From assembly GCA_963703285.1 (NCBI GenBank), contig OY969807.1, forward strand, positions 704,001 to 768,000: DNA of 64,000 nt, read 5' to 3'. The notes under the pieces were generated by a model. The model ran no database searches and was not told where the DNA came from. It worked only from the letters and a program-made list of their open reading frames with translations. Shown piece by piece: positions 26,432 to 34,182 of this stretch (position 1 is its first letter; the number at the start of each line of letters is the position of its first letter). Origin of the DNA: an uncultured Nitrososphaerota archaeon (lineage in GTDB: Archaea > Thermoproteota > Nitrososphaeria > Nitrososphaerales > Gagatemarchaeaceae). A program made the position numbers and the translations under genes.

Positions 26432-27190
26432 TTGCAGAACACCCTAAGGAGGAAACTCGGGAACGGGGAGCGGACCTTCGGCGCATGGATATCGTCGGGG
26501 AGCCCGAACGCAGTCGACCTGCTGAGGAACCTTCCCTTCGACTGGTTCGTAATCGACATGGAGCACTCGCCCGTCGGCATCGAGACCGTAGGGCAGATGA
26601 TACAGGTCCTCAATGGGTCCGTCGTGACCCCGATCGTGAGGGTAGGTCAGACCGACCAGGCTCTCATCAAGGCGGTACTCGACGCAGGCGCCCACGGGGT
26701 GCTCGTTCCCCTGGTGAACTCGGCCGAGGAGGCGGAACGCGCGGTGCGTTTCTCCAAGTATCCCCCGGTAGGTGTGCGGGGTCTTGCGGCCGCCAAGGCG
26801 TCGGATTACGGGTTGAGCCTCGCCAGCTACATCAGGACGGCTAACCAGGAGACGAGCGTCATCGTCCAGATAGAGACCGCAGAGGCGCTGGAGAGGGTGT
26901 CGGAGATAGTTTCGGTCAAGGGTGTGGATATGGCGTTCGTCGGCCCCTCGGACCTCACGCTGAACTTGGGCTTGGTCGACGACAGGTCCAACCCCAAGGT
27001 CGCCGAGGCGATGGTGAAGGTCGTCAAGGCCTGCGATGATGCCGGGAAGGTGGCTGGCGTTATGGCGACGTCCCTTGATGAGGCCAGGCTAGCGGTAAAG
27101 AGGGGTTTCAGGTTCATAGCGCTGGCCAGCGACGTGAGGTACATCGCGATGGGCGCCAAGAGCTTCCTGGAGGCTGTGGGACGCGCGTAA
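26432..27190 (+). CDS. HpcH/HpaI (GarL/RhmA-like) aldolase
   Basis: FDWFVIDMEHSP, LDAGAHGVLVP, KYPPVGVRG, VQIET, FVGPSDL; TTATAA about 32 nt upstream. Confidence 0.92.
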   Translation: MQNTLRRKLGNGERTFGAWISSGSPNAVDLLRNLPFDWFVIDMEHSPVGIETVGQMIQVLNGSVVTPIVRVGQTDQALIKAVLDAGAHGVLVPLVNSAEEAERAVRFSKYPPVGVRGLAAAKASDYGLSLASYIRTANQETSVIVQIETAEALERVSEIVSVKGVDMAFVGPSDLTLNLGLVDDRSNPKVAEAMVKVVKACDDAGKVAGVMATSLDEARLAVKRGFRFIALASDVRYIAMGAKSFLEAVGRA

Positions 27191-27210
27191 TCGGTCATCG
27201 GCTTCTCCCT

Positions 27211-27253
27211 CCGACTGACCCCGGGGGAGCCGGGGCTCCCCCGGGGGAGTTGG
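27211..27253. repeat. GC-rich stem-loop between convergent genes
   Basis: CCCCGGGGGAGCC (27219-31) / GGCTCCCCCGGGG (27234-46) perfect inverted repeat, extended by CCGACT/AGTTGG. Confidence 0.75.
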
Positions 27254-27265
27254 CGCCTTCGTCCC

Positions 27266-28507
27266 TCAGCGCGAGACGAAGCGCCCGAACCCTTCCAGGT
27301 CGAGCTCGACCATGGGCGGCCGGCCCCAGGCCGTGATGCTGGCCTCCGGCTGATTCGAGCCTGACCCCGTTGCGAAGAGGACGACCGACTCTTCATGCCC
27401 TACCGTCCCACTGGCGACGAGCTTTCTGAGGGCCGCCAGGGGAGCCGCGGCGGCTGGTTCTAGGTAGAGCCCCTCACGGCTAGAGAGGGTCTTCGTCGCC
27501 TCGATCAGCTCTTCGTCAGTGACCCCCACGGCGACGCCGTGCGTGTCGCGAATCGCCCTCAGGGCCTGGTCGCCGTCCGGGGTCCAGCTGTCGAGGATGC
27601 TGTGGGCCAGAGTTCGGGGGTTCTCTATGACGGGAATCTGCTCGGCCGGGAGGTCCTTCTCGTAGGCAACAACGAGGGGAGCGCAGTCCCTGCCCTGGAC
27701 ACCCACCAGGCGAGGAAAGGACTCTATGAGGCCCAGGAGCTTGAGCTCCTTGAGCCCCTTGAAGATCCCGGCGAGGTTGCCTCCTGCGCCGACCGGGACC
27801 ATCATCCAGTCCGGCAGGGCGCCGCCCATCTGCTCGAATATCTCGAAGACCGAGGTCTTCGAACCCTCCTTTACGTACGGGTTGTACCTCGAAGCCGCGG
27901 TCATGTTGACCATCCCGTAGCGCTTCGCTACATCGTCGACGAAGGTCATGAGGTCCTTGGTGGGCGCGCTCGTGCGGAAGACCTTCGCACCATAGGAGAG
28001 GAGTTTTGCGAGCTTTGCGTCCGAGATGCCCTCGATTGTGAAGATGTAGGCGGGGATTCCGGCTTTGCTCGCATAGGCGGCGACGGACGACCCGGCGTTC
28101 CCGGCTGTCATGTTGACGACCCCCGAGGCACCGAACTCCGCGGCCTTGGTCACGGCCACCGTGGACTTCCTGTCCTTGAAGGAGAGGGTCGGATTCCGGC
28201 TCTCGTCCTTCGCGTAGACCTCCTTCATGCCCAGCGCCTCGGATATCCTAGAGGTCCTTACCAGGGGTGTCGACCCCTCGCCCAGCGTCACGATTCGAGT
28301 GTCATCGTTCAGCGGAAGGAGGGGGGCATATCGCCACACTCCGCTCTTCCTTTCGTCGACAGGAATCCCCCGCTGGGCGGTCTTCAAAGCCCCGTAATCG
28401 TAGATCGCCTCGAGCGGACCCCCGCAGTTCTCGCATACCAGGTTTCGGGAGTCCGAAGGGAACTCGCACCCGTGGGGGATGCATCGCAGGATGAAGGGAG
28501 ACGCCAG
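27266..28507 (-). CDS. Threonine synthase-like PLP enzyme with N-terminal Zn-binding motif (probable CTG start)
   Basis: VWRY, TLGEGSTP, RNPTLSFKDR (PLP Lys), PVGAGGNL, EGLYLEPAAA, TGSG; in-frame upstream LRCIPHG..CENCGGPLE. Confidence 0.85.
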   Translation of the reverse strand: MASPFILRCIPHGCEFPSDSRNLVCENCGGPLEAIYDYGALKTAQRGIPVDERKSGVWRYAPLLPLNDDTRIVTLGEGSTPLVRTSRISEALGMKEVYAKDESRNPTLSFKDRKSTVAVTKAAEFGASGVVNMTAGNAGSSVAAYASKAGIPAYIFTIEGISDAKLAKLLSYGAKVFRTSAPTKDLMTFVDDVAKRYGMVNMTAASRYNPYVKEGSKTSVFEIFEQMGGALPDWMMVPVGAGGNLAGIFKGLKELKLLGLIESFPRLVGVQGRDCAPLVVAYEKDLPAEQIPVIENPRTLAHSILDSWTPDGDQALRAIRDTHGVAVGVTDEELIEATKTLSSREGLYLEPAAAAPLAALRKLVASGTVGHEESVVLFATGSGSNQPEASITAWGRPPMVELDLEGFGRFVSR

Positions 28508-28546
28508 TTACTCCATCACCAGGGAGCCGCCCTCCCTCCCTTCAGG

Positions 28547-29647
28547 TCAGCGGACCTGCGTCAGCACCTGGCCCAGCGCTGCAAGCGTGAGGTCGATGTT
28601 CTCGCGCCTCGCTGACCGACCCATGTGGCCGATCCTGATCACCTTACCCTTGAGGGGCCCCAGGCCGCCGGCTATCATGATGTTGTAATCCTTGACGAGC
28701 CGCTTCCGCAGCTCCGCGTCCCACCTCTCCTCGACCCTGGCGACGCTGACGGTGCTGGAGTAGTAGGTCGGGTCCGTGAATGTCTCCAGCCCCATCGCCT
28801 TCATTCCGTCCCTCAACACCCTCGCGGCGTCGGCGTGCCTCCTGTACCTGGCTTCTAGACCCTCCTCGAGGGCCATCGAGACCGCCTTCCTGAGGGCCAC
28901 GATAAGGGAGGTGGGCATCGAGGTGGGGTGCGGGTGACCCCATGAGGAGTCGACGTCGATCGCCTCTCTCCAGGAGTTGAGGTCGAGGAACGTGCTGTGA
29001 ATTTCGCCCTTCCTTCTCTTCACGAGGTCCCAGACGTCCTTGGAGATCGAGATGGGGTCGGCTCCGTTGACTCCTCCCAGCGCCTTGCTGGAGTACCCTA
29101 TGGCGTAGTCGACGCTCCACGCGTCGGCGTTCACCTCGATACCTCCTATCGCGGAGATGGAGTCGAGGACGGTGAGCATGCCCCTGCTCTTGCAGTACCG
29201 GAAGATCTCGCCCGGGTTGACTGCGGCTCCGGTGGAGGTCTCGTTCTGGACGAGGAAGATGCTCTTCCCTGTCGGGTCCTTGATGCCGTCGACCGCAGAC
29301 TTCACCTGCTCCAGAGTGGGACCCCTCCCCAGCTCGGACTGGACCACGACGGCCCTGCCGCCGACCGCGCTGACGGAGTCGACTATCGCTTCCGAGAAGA
29401 CGCCGTTCACGCAGACCAGCGCCTCGTCGCCCCTCGTCACGAGGTTCAGCGCAGCCATCTCGACCGCGAGCTGCCCCGGAATCGGGACGATCAACACCTC
29501 GTTCCTTGTGCCGAACACCTTCTGGAGCATCGAGGTCGTCTCGTTGTACAGCGACATCCACTTGTCTCCGTAGTGTGGGAGTATCGGGAGAGAGAGCTCC
29601 GCGAGAACCTCCGGTTCCGGCTCTGAGGGTCCAGGTATCATGAGCAT
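28547..29647 (-). CDS. Class V aminotransferase (serine-pyruvate/alanine-glyoxylate type)
   Basis: LMIPGP, NETSTG, LDSISAIGG, SSKAL (PLP Lys), IAGG, IRIGHMG. Confidence 0.92.
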   Translation of the reverse strand: MLMIPGPSEPEPEVLAELSLPILPHYGDKWMSLYNETTSMLQKVFGTRNEVLIVPIPGQLAVEMAALNLVTRGDEALVCVNGVFSEAIVDSVSAVGGRAVVVQSELGRGPTLEQVKSAVDGIKDPTGKSIFLVQNETSTGAAVNPGEIFRYCKSRGMLTVLDSISAIGGIEVNADAWSVDYAIGYSSKALGGVNGADPISISKDVWDLVKRRKGEIHSTFLDLNSWREAIDVDSSWGHPHPTSMPTSLIVALRKAVSMALEEGLEARYRRHADAARVLRDGMKAMGLETFTDPTYYSSTVSVARVEERWDAELRKRLVKDYNIMIAGGLGPLKGKVIRIGHMGRSARRENIDLTLAALGQVLTQVR

Positions 29648-29744
29648 CTTAACGCACCGGTGGGGGCGACCGGCCACACCGTATTTAAGCTGCGTCGGCC
29701 GCAAGCGCCTATAACTATAAGGCAGAAGGGTTTGCGGAGCCGCG

Positions 29745-29897
29745 TTGTCCGGGGACGAAGACGGTAAGGAAGAGCGTGATGCTACCCTCGGCTGGAGGGA
29801 CTACATCGCTCTCTTCATAGCGTTTATCGAGACCATCGGTCTCCCGCTCTTGATAATGGTGGCTGTCATCCTCGTCATACTCGCCGTGGTCAGGTAG
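29745..29897 (+). CDS. Unannotated 50-aa membrane protein
   Basis: MSGDEDGKEERDATLGWRDYIALFIAFIETIGLPLLIMVAVILVILAVVR*; TTG start 24 nt after a TATAA element. Confidence 0.65.
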   Translation: MSGDEDGKEERDATLGWRDYIALFIAFIETIGLPLLIMVAVILVILAVVR

Positions 29898-30915
29898 CTT
29901 TCACCTCGACCTTCGACCCAGTCGAGTAGTCGATGTCGTAGAGGCACTCCACGAAGTGCCCCGCCTCGACCTCGACGAAGGGAGGAAAGACCTCGGCGCA
30001 CTTGTCGGTGCTGAAGCCGCACCTGGGCTTGAACCGGCAGCCCGGCGGAATGTAGACCGGACTAGGGACGTCGCCTTCGAGGACCGCGAGGTCCTTCCTC
30101 TTGCTGGGGTCGGGCAGAGGGACCGAGGCGAGCAGCGCCTTGGTATACGGGTGCTTGGGGTTCTGGAAGAGCACGTCGGTGGGAGCTATCTCCACGACCC
30201 TTCCTAGGTACATCACGGCCGTCCTGTGGCATATCTGCCTTACGACGGCCAGGTTGTGAGAGACGAACATGTACGTCAGGTGGAACTCCGCCTGCAGCTG
30301 CTTGAGCAGGTTCAGGATCTGCGCCTGCACCGAGACGTCGAGGGAGGATGTGGGCTCGTCCAGGATCAGGAACTCGGGGTTGACGGTCAGCGCCCGGGCG
30401 ACCGCTATCCGCTGGCGCTGACCCCCAGAAAACTCGTGGGGAAAGCGCGAGAGGTGGTCCGGGTTGAGCCCGACGACCTCGATCATCTTCTCGACGGTCC
30501 GCCTCCTGTCGCCCGCCGAGATTCCTATGTGGTGAATACCCAGGGGCTCCATGAGGGCAGACCTTACGGTCTGTCTCGGGTCCAGCGAGGCGTAGGGGTC
30601 CTGGAAGACCATCTGCATCCTTCTCCTGTAGGGCCAGAGCTTTCGGCCCCTGAGGTCGGATATGTCAGTGCCGTCGAAGATGATCCTGCCCTTCGAGGGT
30701 TCGACCAGACGCAGGATGGTCCTGCTCAGAGTCGTCTTGCCGCACCCCGACTCGCCCACGACGCCGAACGTCTCGCCGCGCTTTATGCCTATCGAGACGC
30801 CGTCCACGGCCCTGACGCGGGCGACGGTGCGTCCGAGTATCCCGCCCTTAACCGGGAACCACTTGAAGAGGTCGTCCGTCCGCAGGAGGTAGTCGTCGTC
30901 TTGCAAGAGAGTCAC
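29890..30915 (-). CDS. oppF: Oligopeptide/dipeptide ABC ATP-binding protein (OppF-like)
   Basis: RAVDGVS, GESGCGKTT, FQDPYASLDP, FSGGQRQR, HPYT..L, GCRFKPRC; GTGA overlap. Confidence 0.92.
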   Translation of the reverse strand: MTLLQDDDYLLRTDDLFKWFPVKGGILGRTVARVRAVDGVSIGIKRGETFGVVGESGCGKTTLSRTILRLVEPSKGRIIFDGTDISDLRGRKLWPYRRRMQMVFQDPYASLDPRQTVRSALMEPLGIHHIGISAGDRRRTVEKMIEVVGLNPDHLSRFPHEFSGGQRQRIAVARALTVNPEFLILDEPTSSLDVSVQAQILNLLKQLQAEFHLTYMFVSHNLAVVRQICHRTAVMYLGRVVEIAPTDVLFQNPKHPYTKALLASVPLPDPSKRKDLAVLEGDVPSPVYIPPGCRFKPRCGFSTDKCAEVFPPFVEVEAGHFVECLYDIDYSTGSKVEVKAT

Positions 30916-32036
30916 CCTCCGTAGAGGAAGCACTCGACGTAGTGGCCCGGGGAGGAGCGGATGAGGGGCGGCTTCTCCTGGGCGCACCTCTCGAACGCCA
31001 TCGGACAGCGAGGATGGAAGCGGCAACCCGTCGGCGGATTGAGGAGGTTAGGGACCGAGCCCCTTATCGAGGTGAGTTCTCCCCTGGTTACGTCGGGCCT
31101 CGGCACAGCCGCCAAGAGCCCCTGGGTGTAGGGATGGAGCGGGTTCTTGAACAGCTCTTCCACGTCGGCCAGTTCGACGATGTTCCCAGCGTACATCACC
31201 ACGACCCTGTCGCAGACCTCGGCGACCACCGCGAGGTCGTGCGTTATGAGTATCACGGAGGTGTCTATCTCGTCCTTCAGGATTCGGAGCAGCTTGAGGA
31301 TTTGCGCCTGGACGGTGACGTCGAGCGCCGTGGTAATCTCGTCGGCGAGTATGAGCTTGGGTCTGCGGGCCAACGCCATGGCAATCATGGCCCTCTGCTT
31401 CATCCCTCCCGAGAGCTCGAAGGGGAAGCTCTTGAAAATCCTCTCGGGTTCGGGGAGGCGGACCTGGCGGAGGATGTCCATGGCGTAGTACCTCGCAAGC
31501 CGTTTGAACTCCCTCCTGCCGAGCCTCACGTCCGGCGGGAGCGCCTTCAGCTCGTCCATCTCCTTCTTCGTCTGGGGGCTCGACAGTCCTTCGGCCTCCT
31601 GCCTCTGCAGCTGCATTAGCCGGCTGGAGATTAGCTGGTGGGTGAAGAGATGGGGCGAGGCGTCCATTATCTCGGTTATCTGGGAGCCGACCGTCAGGAC
31701 CGGGTTGAGGTAGGTAGTGGGGTCTTGGAAGACCATCGCGATTCCGCTTAGCCGCTCCGCCGTCATGTCGTTCCCCCTCAACTTCAGGAGGTCGGCGCCG
31801 TCGAGGAGAACCTCCCCGCTCACGACCTCCGCGTTCTGGGGGAGCAACCCCTCTATCGAGAGCGCGGTGACGGACTTGCCCGACCCTGATTCCCCTACCA
31901 GGCCGAGGACCTCGCCCTTCTTTACGGAGAACTCCACCCCGTCCAGAGCCTTCACATCTCCCGCATAGGTGTGGAAATCTACGCGCAGGTTCTTGACGAC
32001 GAGGACGTCCTGAGAGTCGCTAGCCAAACCGCTCAT
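30912..32036 (-). CDS. oppD: Oligopeptide/dipeptide ABC ATP-binding protein (OppD-like) with an insertion of about 45 aa
   Basis: GESGSGKS, FQDP..LNP, LSGGMKQR, ADEITTALD, GCRFHPRC. Confidence 0.92.
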   Translation of the reverse strand: MSGLASDSQDVLVVKNLRVDFHTYAGDVKALDGVEFSVKKGEVLGLVGESGSGKSVTALSIEGLLPQNAEVVSGEVLLDGADLLKLRGNDMTAERLSGIAMVFQDPTTYLNPVLTVGSQITEIMDASPHLFTHQLISSRLMQLQRQEAEGLSSPQTKKEMDELKALPPDVRLGRREFKRLARYYAMDILRQVRLPEPERIFKSFPFELSGGMKQRAMIAMALARRPKLILADEITTALDVTVQAQILKLLRILKDEIDTSVILITHDLAVVAEVCDRVVVMYAGNIVELADVEELFKNPLHPYTQGLLAAVPRPDVTRGELTSIRGSVPNLLNPPTGCRFHPRCPMAFERCAQEKPPLIRSSPGHYVECFLYGG

Positions 32037-32980
32037 CTCCTCAGCCTCGGGTCGAAGATGTCCCTGATTCCGTCTCCCAGCAGGTTGAAGCCTAGGGAGA
32101 TCAGGAGGATTGTTAGACCGGGGAAGATTATCTCCCACGGCCCCGTTTTGAAGTACTGGAAGCCTCGCGAGGCGAGGTTTCCCAGCTCCGGCAGCGTGTC
32201 AGAGGGGCTCAACCCGATGAATGTGAGGGCCGAGACGGTGAGGATCACGCTGCCGATGTCGAGCGTGGCCTGGACGAGAAGCGGGTATATCGAGTTCGGA
32301 ACTATGTGTCTGAAGAGGATCCTGAACCTCCCCGCGCCCATTGAGCGCAGGCTCTCGACGTAGGGCTTCTCGCGCTCGCTCAGGACCTGCGACCTGAGCA
32401 GCCTGACGTACGTCGGCCACCACGTGATGGCCACCGCGACGGTCAGTATCGTGAACGACTTGTGGGCCTCCAGCTGAAAGACGAAGACGAAGACGAAGGC
32501 GAGGAGGATACCAGGAACGGCAAGGAAGATGTCGGTGATCCTCAGGATGACCTCGTCGAGGATGCCTCCCGCGTAGGCCGCCGTGGCGCCGAGAACCACC
32601 CCGATTGCCAGCGCAGAGAGGACCACCTCGAGGGCTATCTGGACGTCGACGGGGATCGCCAGGATGATCATCTGTAGGAGGTCCCTCCCGAACGCGTCCG
32701 TTCCCAGCGGGTGCACCGCGCCGGGACACGTCGAGATGTTGGGGCCCCAGCTGATGATGGGGTTGTTCCAGCAGTTCTTGTTGAGCTCTTCTGCCGCGGA
32801 GACGTTCGCGGCCTTGGGGTTGACCAGGACGTGGGAGAACACCGAGATGAGCAGGGTACCCGCCGAGATGACGATTCCGGCGAGGACGAGGGGGTTGCGC
32901 CTCATGAGGTGGAGCGCGTGCTTGATGTCGTCCCTCCTGGATGTGCTCTCGGAGACGACGGCGGGGATCGTTTCGGTCAT
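32033..32980 (-). CDS. oppC: Oligopeptide ABC permease (OppC-like)
   Basis: HPLGTDAFGRD, RHIVPN, FNLLGDGIRDIFDP. Confidence 0.92.
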   Translation of the reverse strand: MTETIPAVVSESTSRRDDIKHALHLMRRNPLVLAGIVISAGTLLISVFSHVLVNPKAANVSAAEELNKNCWNNPIISWGPNISTCPGAVHPLGTDAFGRDLLQMIILAIPVDVQIALEVVLSALAIGVVLGATAAYAGGILDEVILRITDIFLAVPGILLAFVFVFVFQLEAHKSFTILTVAVAITWWPTYVRLLRSQVLSEREKPYVESLRSMGAGRFRILFRHIVPNSIYPLLVQATLDIGSVILTVSALTFIGLSPSDTLPELGNLASRGFQYFKTGPWEIIFPGLTILLISLGFNLLGDGIRDIFDPRLRR

Positions 32981-32992
32981 TCTTCTCTCACC

Positions 32993-34114
32993 TCAGTACC
33001 TGATCCGCGGGTCCAGCTTCGCATAGATGATGTCCACCGCCAGGTTTGTCACGACGATTATCGCGGCGGTGACGAGGACGTAGAGTTCGATGAAGTTGAC
33101 GTCGTTCACCGTGAACGCGCTGTAAGAAGTGCTTCCGACGCCCGGCAGGTTGAAGACTATCTCGATGACTATGACGCCGCCGAAGAGGAACGCCGTGAGG
33201 AGACCTGCAATCGTGACCGCGGGGAGGAGCGCGTTCCGCAGGGCGTGCCTGTACACGACGACCCTCTCGGACAGGCCCTTGGACCTGGCGAGCAGGATGT
33301 AGTCCTGCTTGAGGACCTCCAGCATGCTCGAGCGGACTATCCTGGTGAGGGCCCCTACTGAGGTCACGGAGAGCGTGACCGCAGGCAGGATGAAGGCCAC
33401 GAACGAATCCCAGCTGTACTTGAAGTTCCCCGTAAGGATACCGTCAAGGATGGGGCTGCCCGTTATCGTGTGTAGAGGCGCTACAACATTGGCGAAGCAG
33501 ATTGCGCAGTCCGTGGCGGGGGTACCGGAAGTCGGCAAGATTCCGAAGGGCCCCAGGCGCAGGTCGAGAGCGAAGAGAATCAGGAGCACCGTCCCGAACC
33601 AAAACTGGGGTATCGAGTATCCTCCGAGCGCGATTATGCGCGAGATGTGGTCGGGCAACTTGTTGTTATGGGTCGCAGACACTATGCCCAGGGGTATCCC
33701 GAGTGCGATGGTGAGGATGGCTCCGAAGATCGCCAGCTGAGCGGTGTAGGGGAACCTTTCTGAGAAGACGCTAAGTGTGGTCTGCGTGCCGGATATGCCC
33801 GGGAGGAGGGTGTAGCCCCAGTTGCCCGTCAGGATGCTGTGCAGCCAAGATGCATACTGCTGCCACACGGGGACGAGGCACACCGGCTGGAGGGACGAGA
33901 ACGCGGTATAAGACGGGCAGGCTTTAGTCGCCACCCCGAGAGCCTGCGCGAGGATGAGCTTCTGAAGCGGCGTCATGCGGGGAGTGATGTACGGTTCCAG
34001 AGCGAGGGTGGGGGGAATGGCCGCCCTCAGCAGGAGGAAAATCATCAGGCTCAGTCCGAAGAGTACGAACACCATGAGGGCGAGCCTCCTTAGGGCGTAC
34101 TCGTAGAGCTTCAA
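32993..34114 (-). CDS. oppB: Oligopeptide ABC permease (OppB-like)
   Basis: RSSMLEVLKQDYILLARSKGL, HALRNA, VDIIYAKLDPRIR. Confidence 0.92.
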   Translation of the reverse strand: MKLYEYALRRLALMVFVLFGLSLMIFLLLRAAIPPTLALEPYITPRMTPLQKLILAQALGVATKACPSYTAFSSLQPVCLVPVWQQYASWLHSILTGNWGYTLLPGISGTQTTLSVFSERFPYTAQLAIFGAILTIALGIPLGIVSATHNNKLPDHISRIIALGGYSIPQFWFGTVLLILFALDLRLGPFGILPTSGTPATDCAICFANVVAPLHTITGSPILDGILTGNFKYSWDSFVAFILPAVTLSVTSVGALTRIVRSSMLEVLKQDYILLARSKGLSERVVVYRHALRNALLPAVTIAGLLTAFLFGGVIVIEIVFNLPGVGSTSYSAFTVNDVNFIELYVLVTAAIIVVTNLAVDIIYAKLDPRIRY

Positions 34115-34157
34115 CGACGAAGGATGCCTCTATCCCCATTATTTGAGGATGCAGATA

Positions 34158-34178
34158 ACAAAAAAGGGGCGCCCTCCA
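34158..34178 (-). terminator. Oligo-T tract after the binding-protein gene (putative archaeal terminator)
   Basis: Minus strand GGAGGGCGCCCCTTTTTTGT immediately after the oppA stop. Confidence 0.4.
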
Positions 34179-34182
34179 CTCA

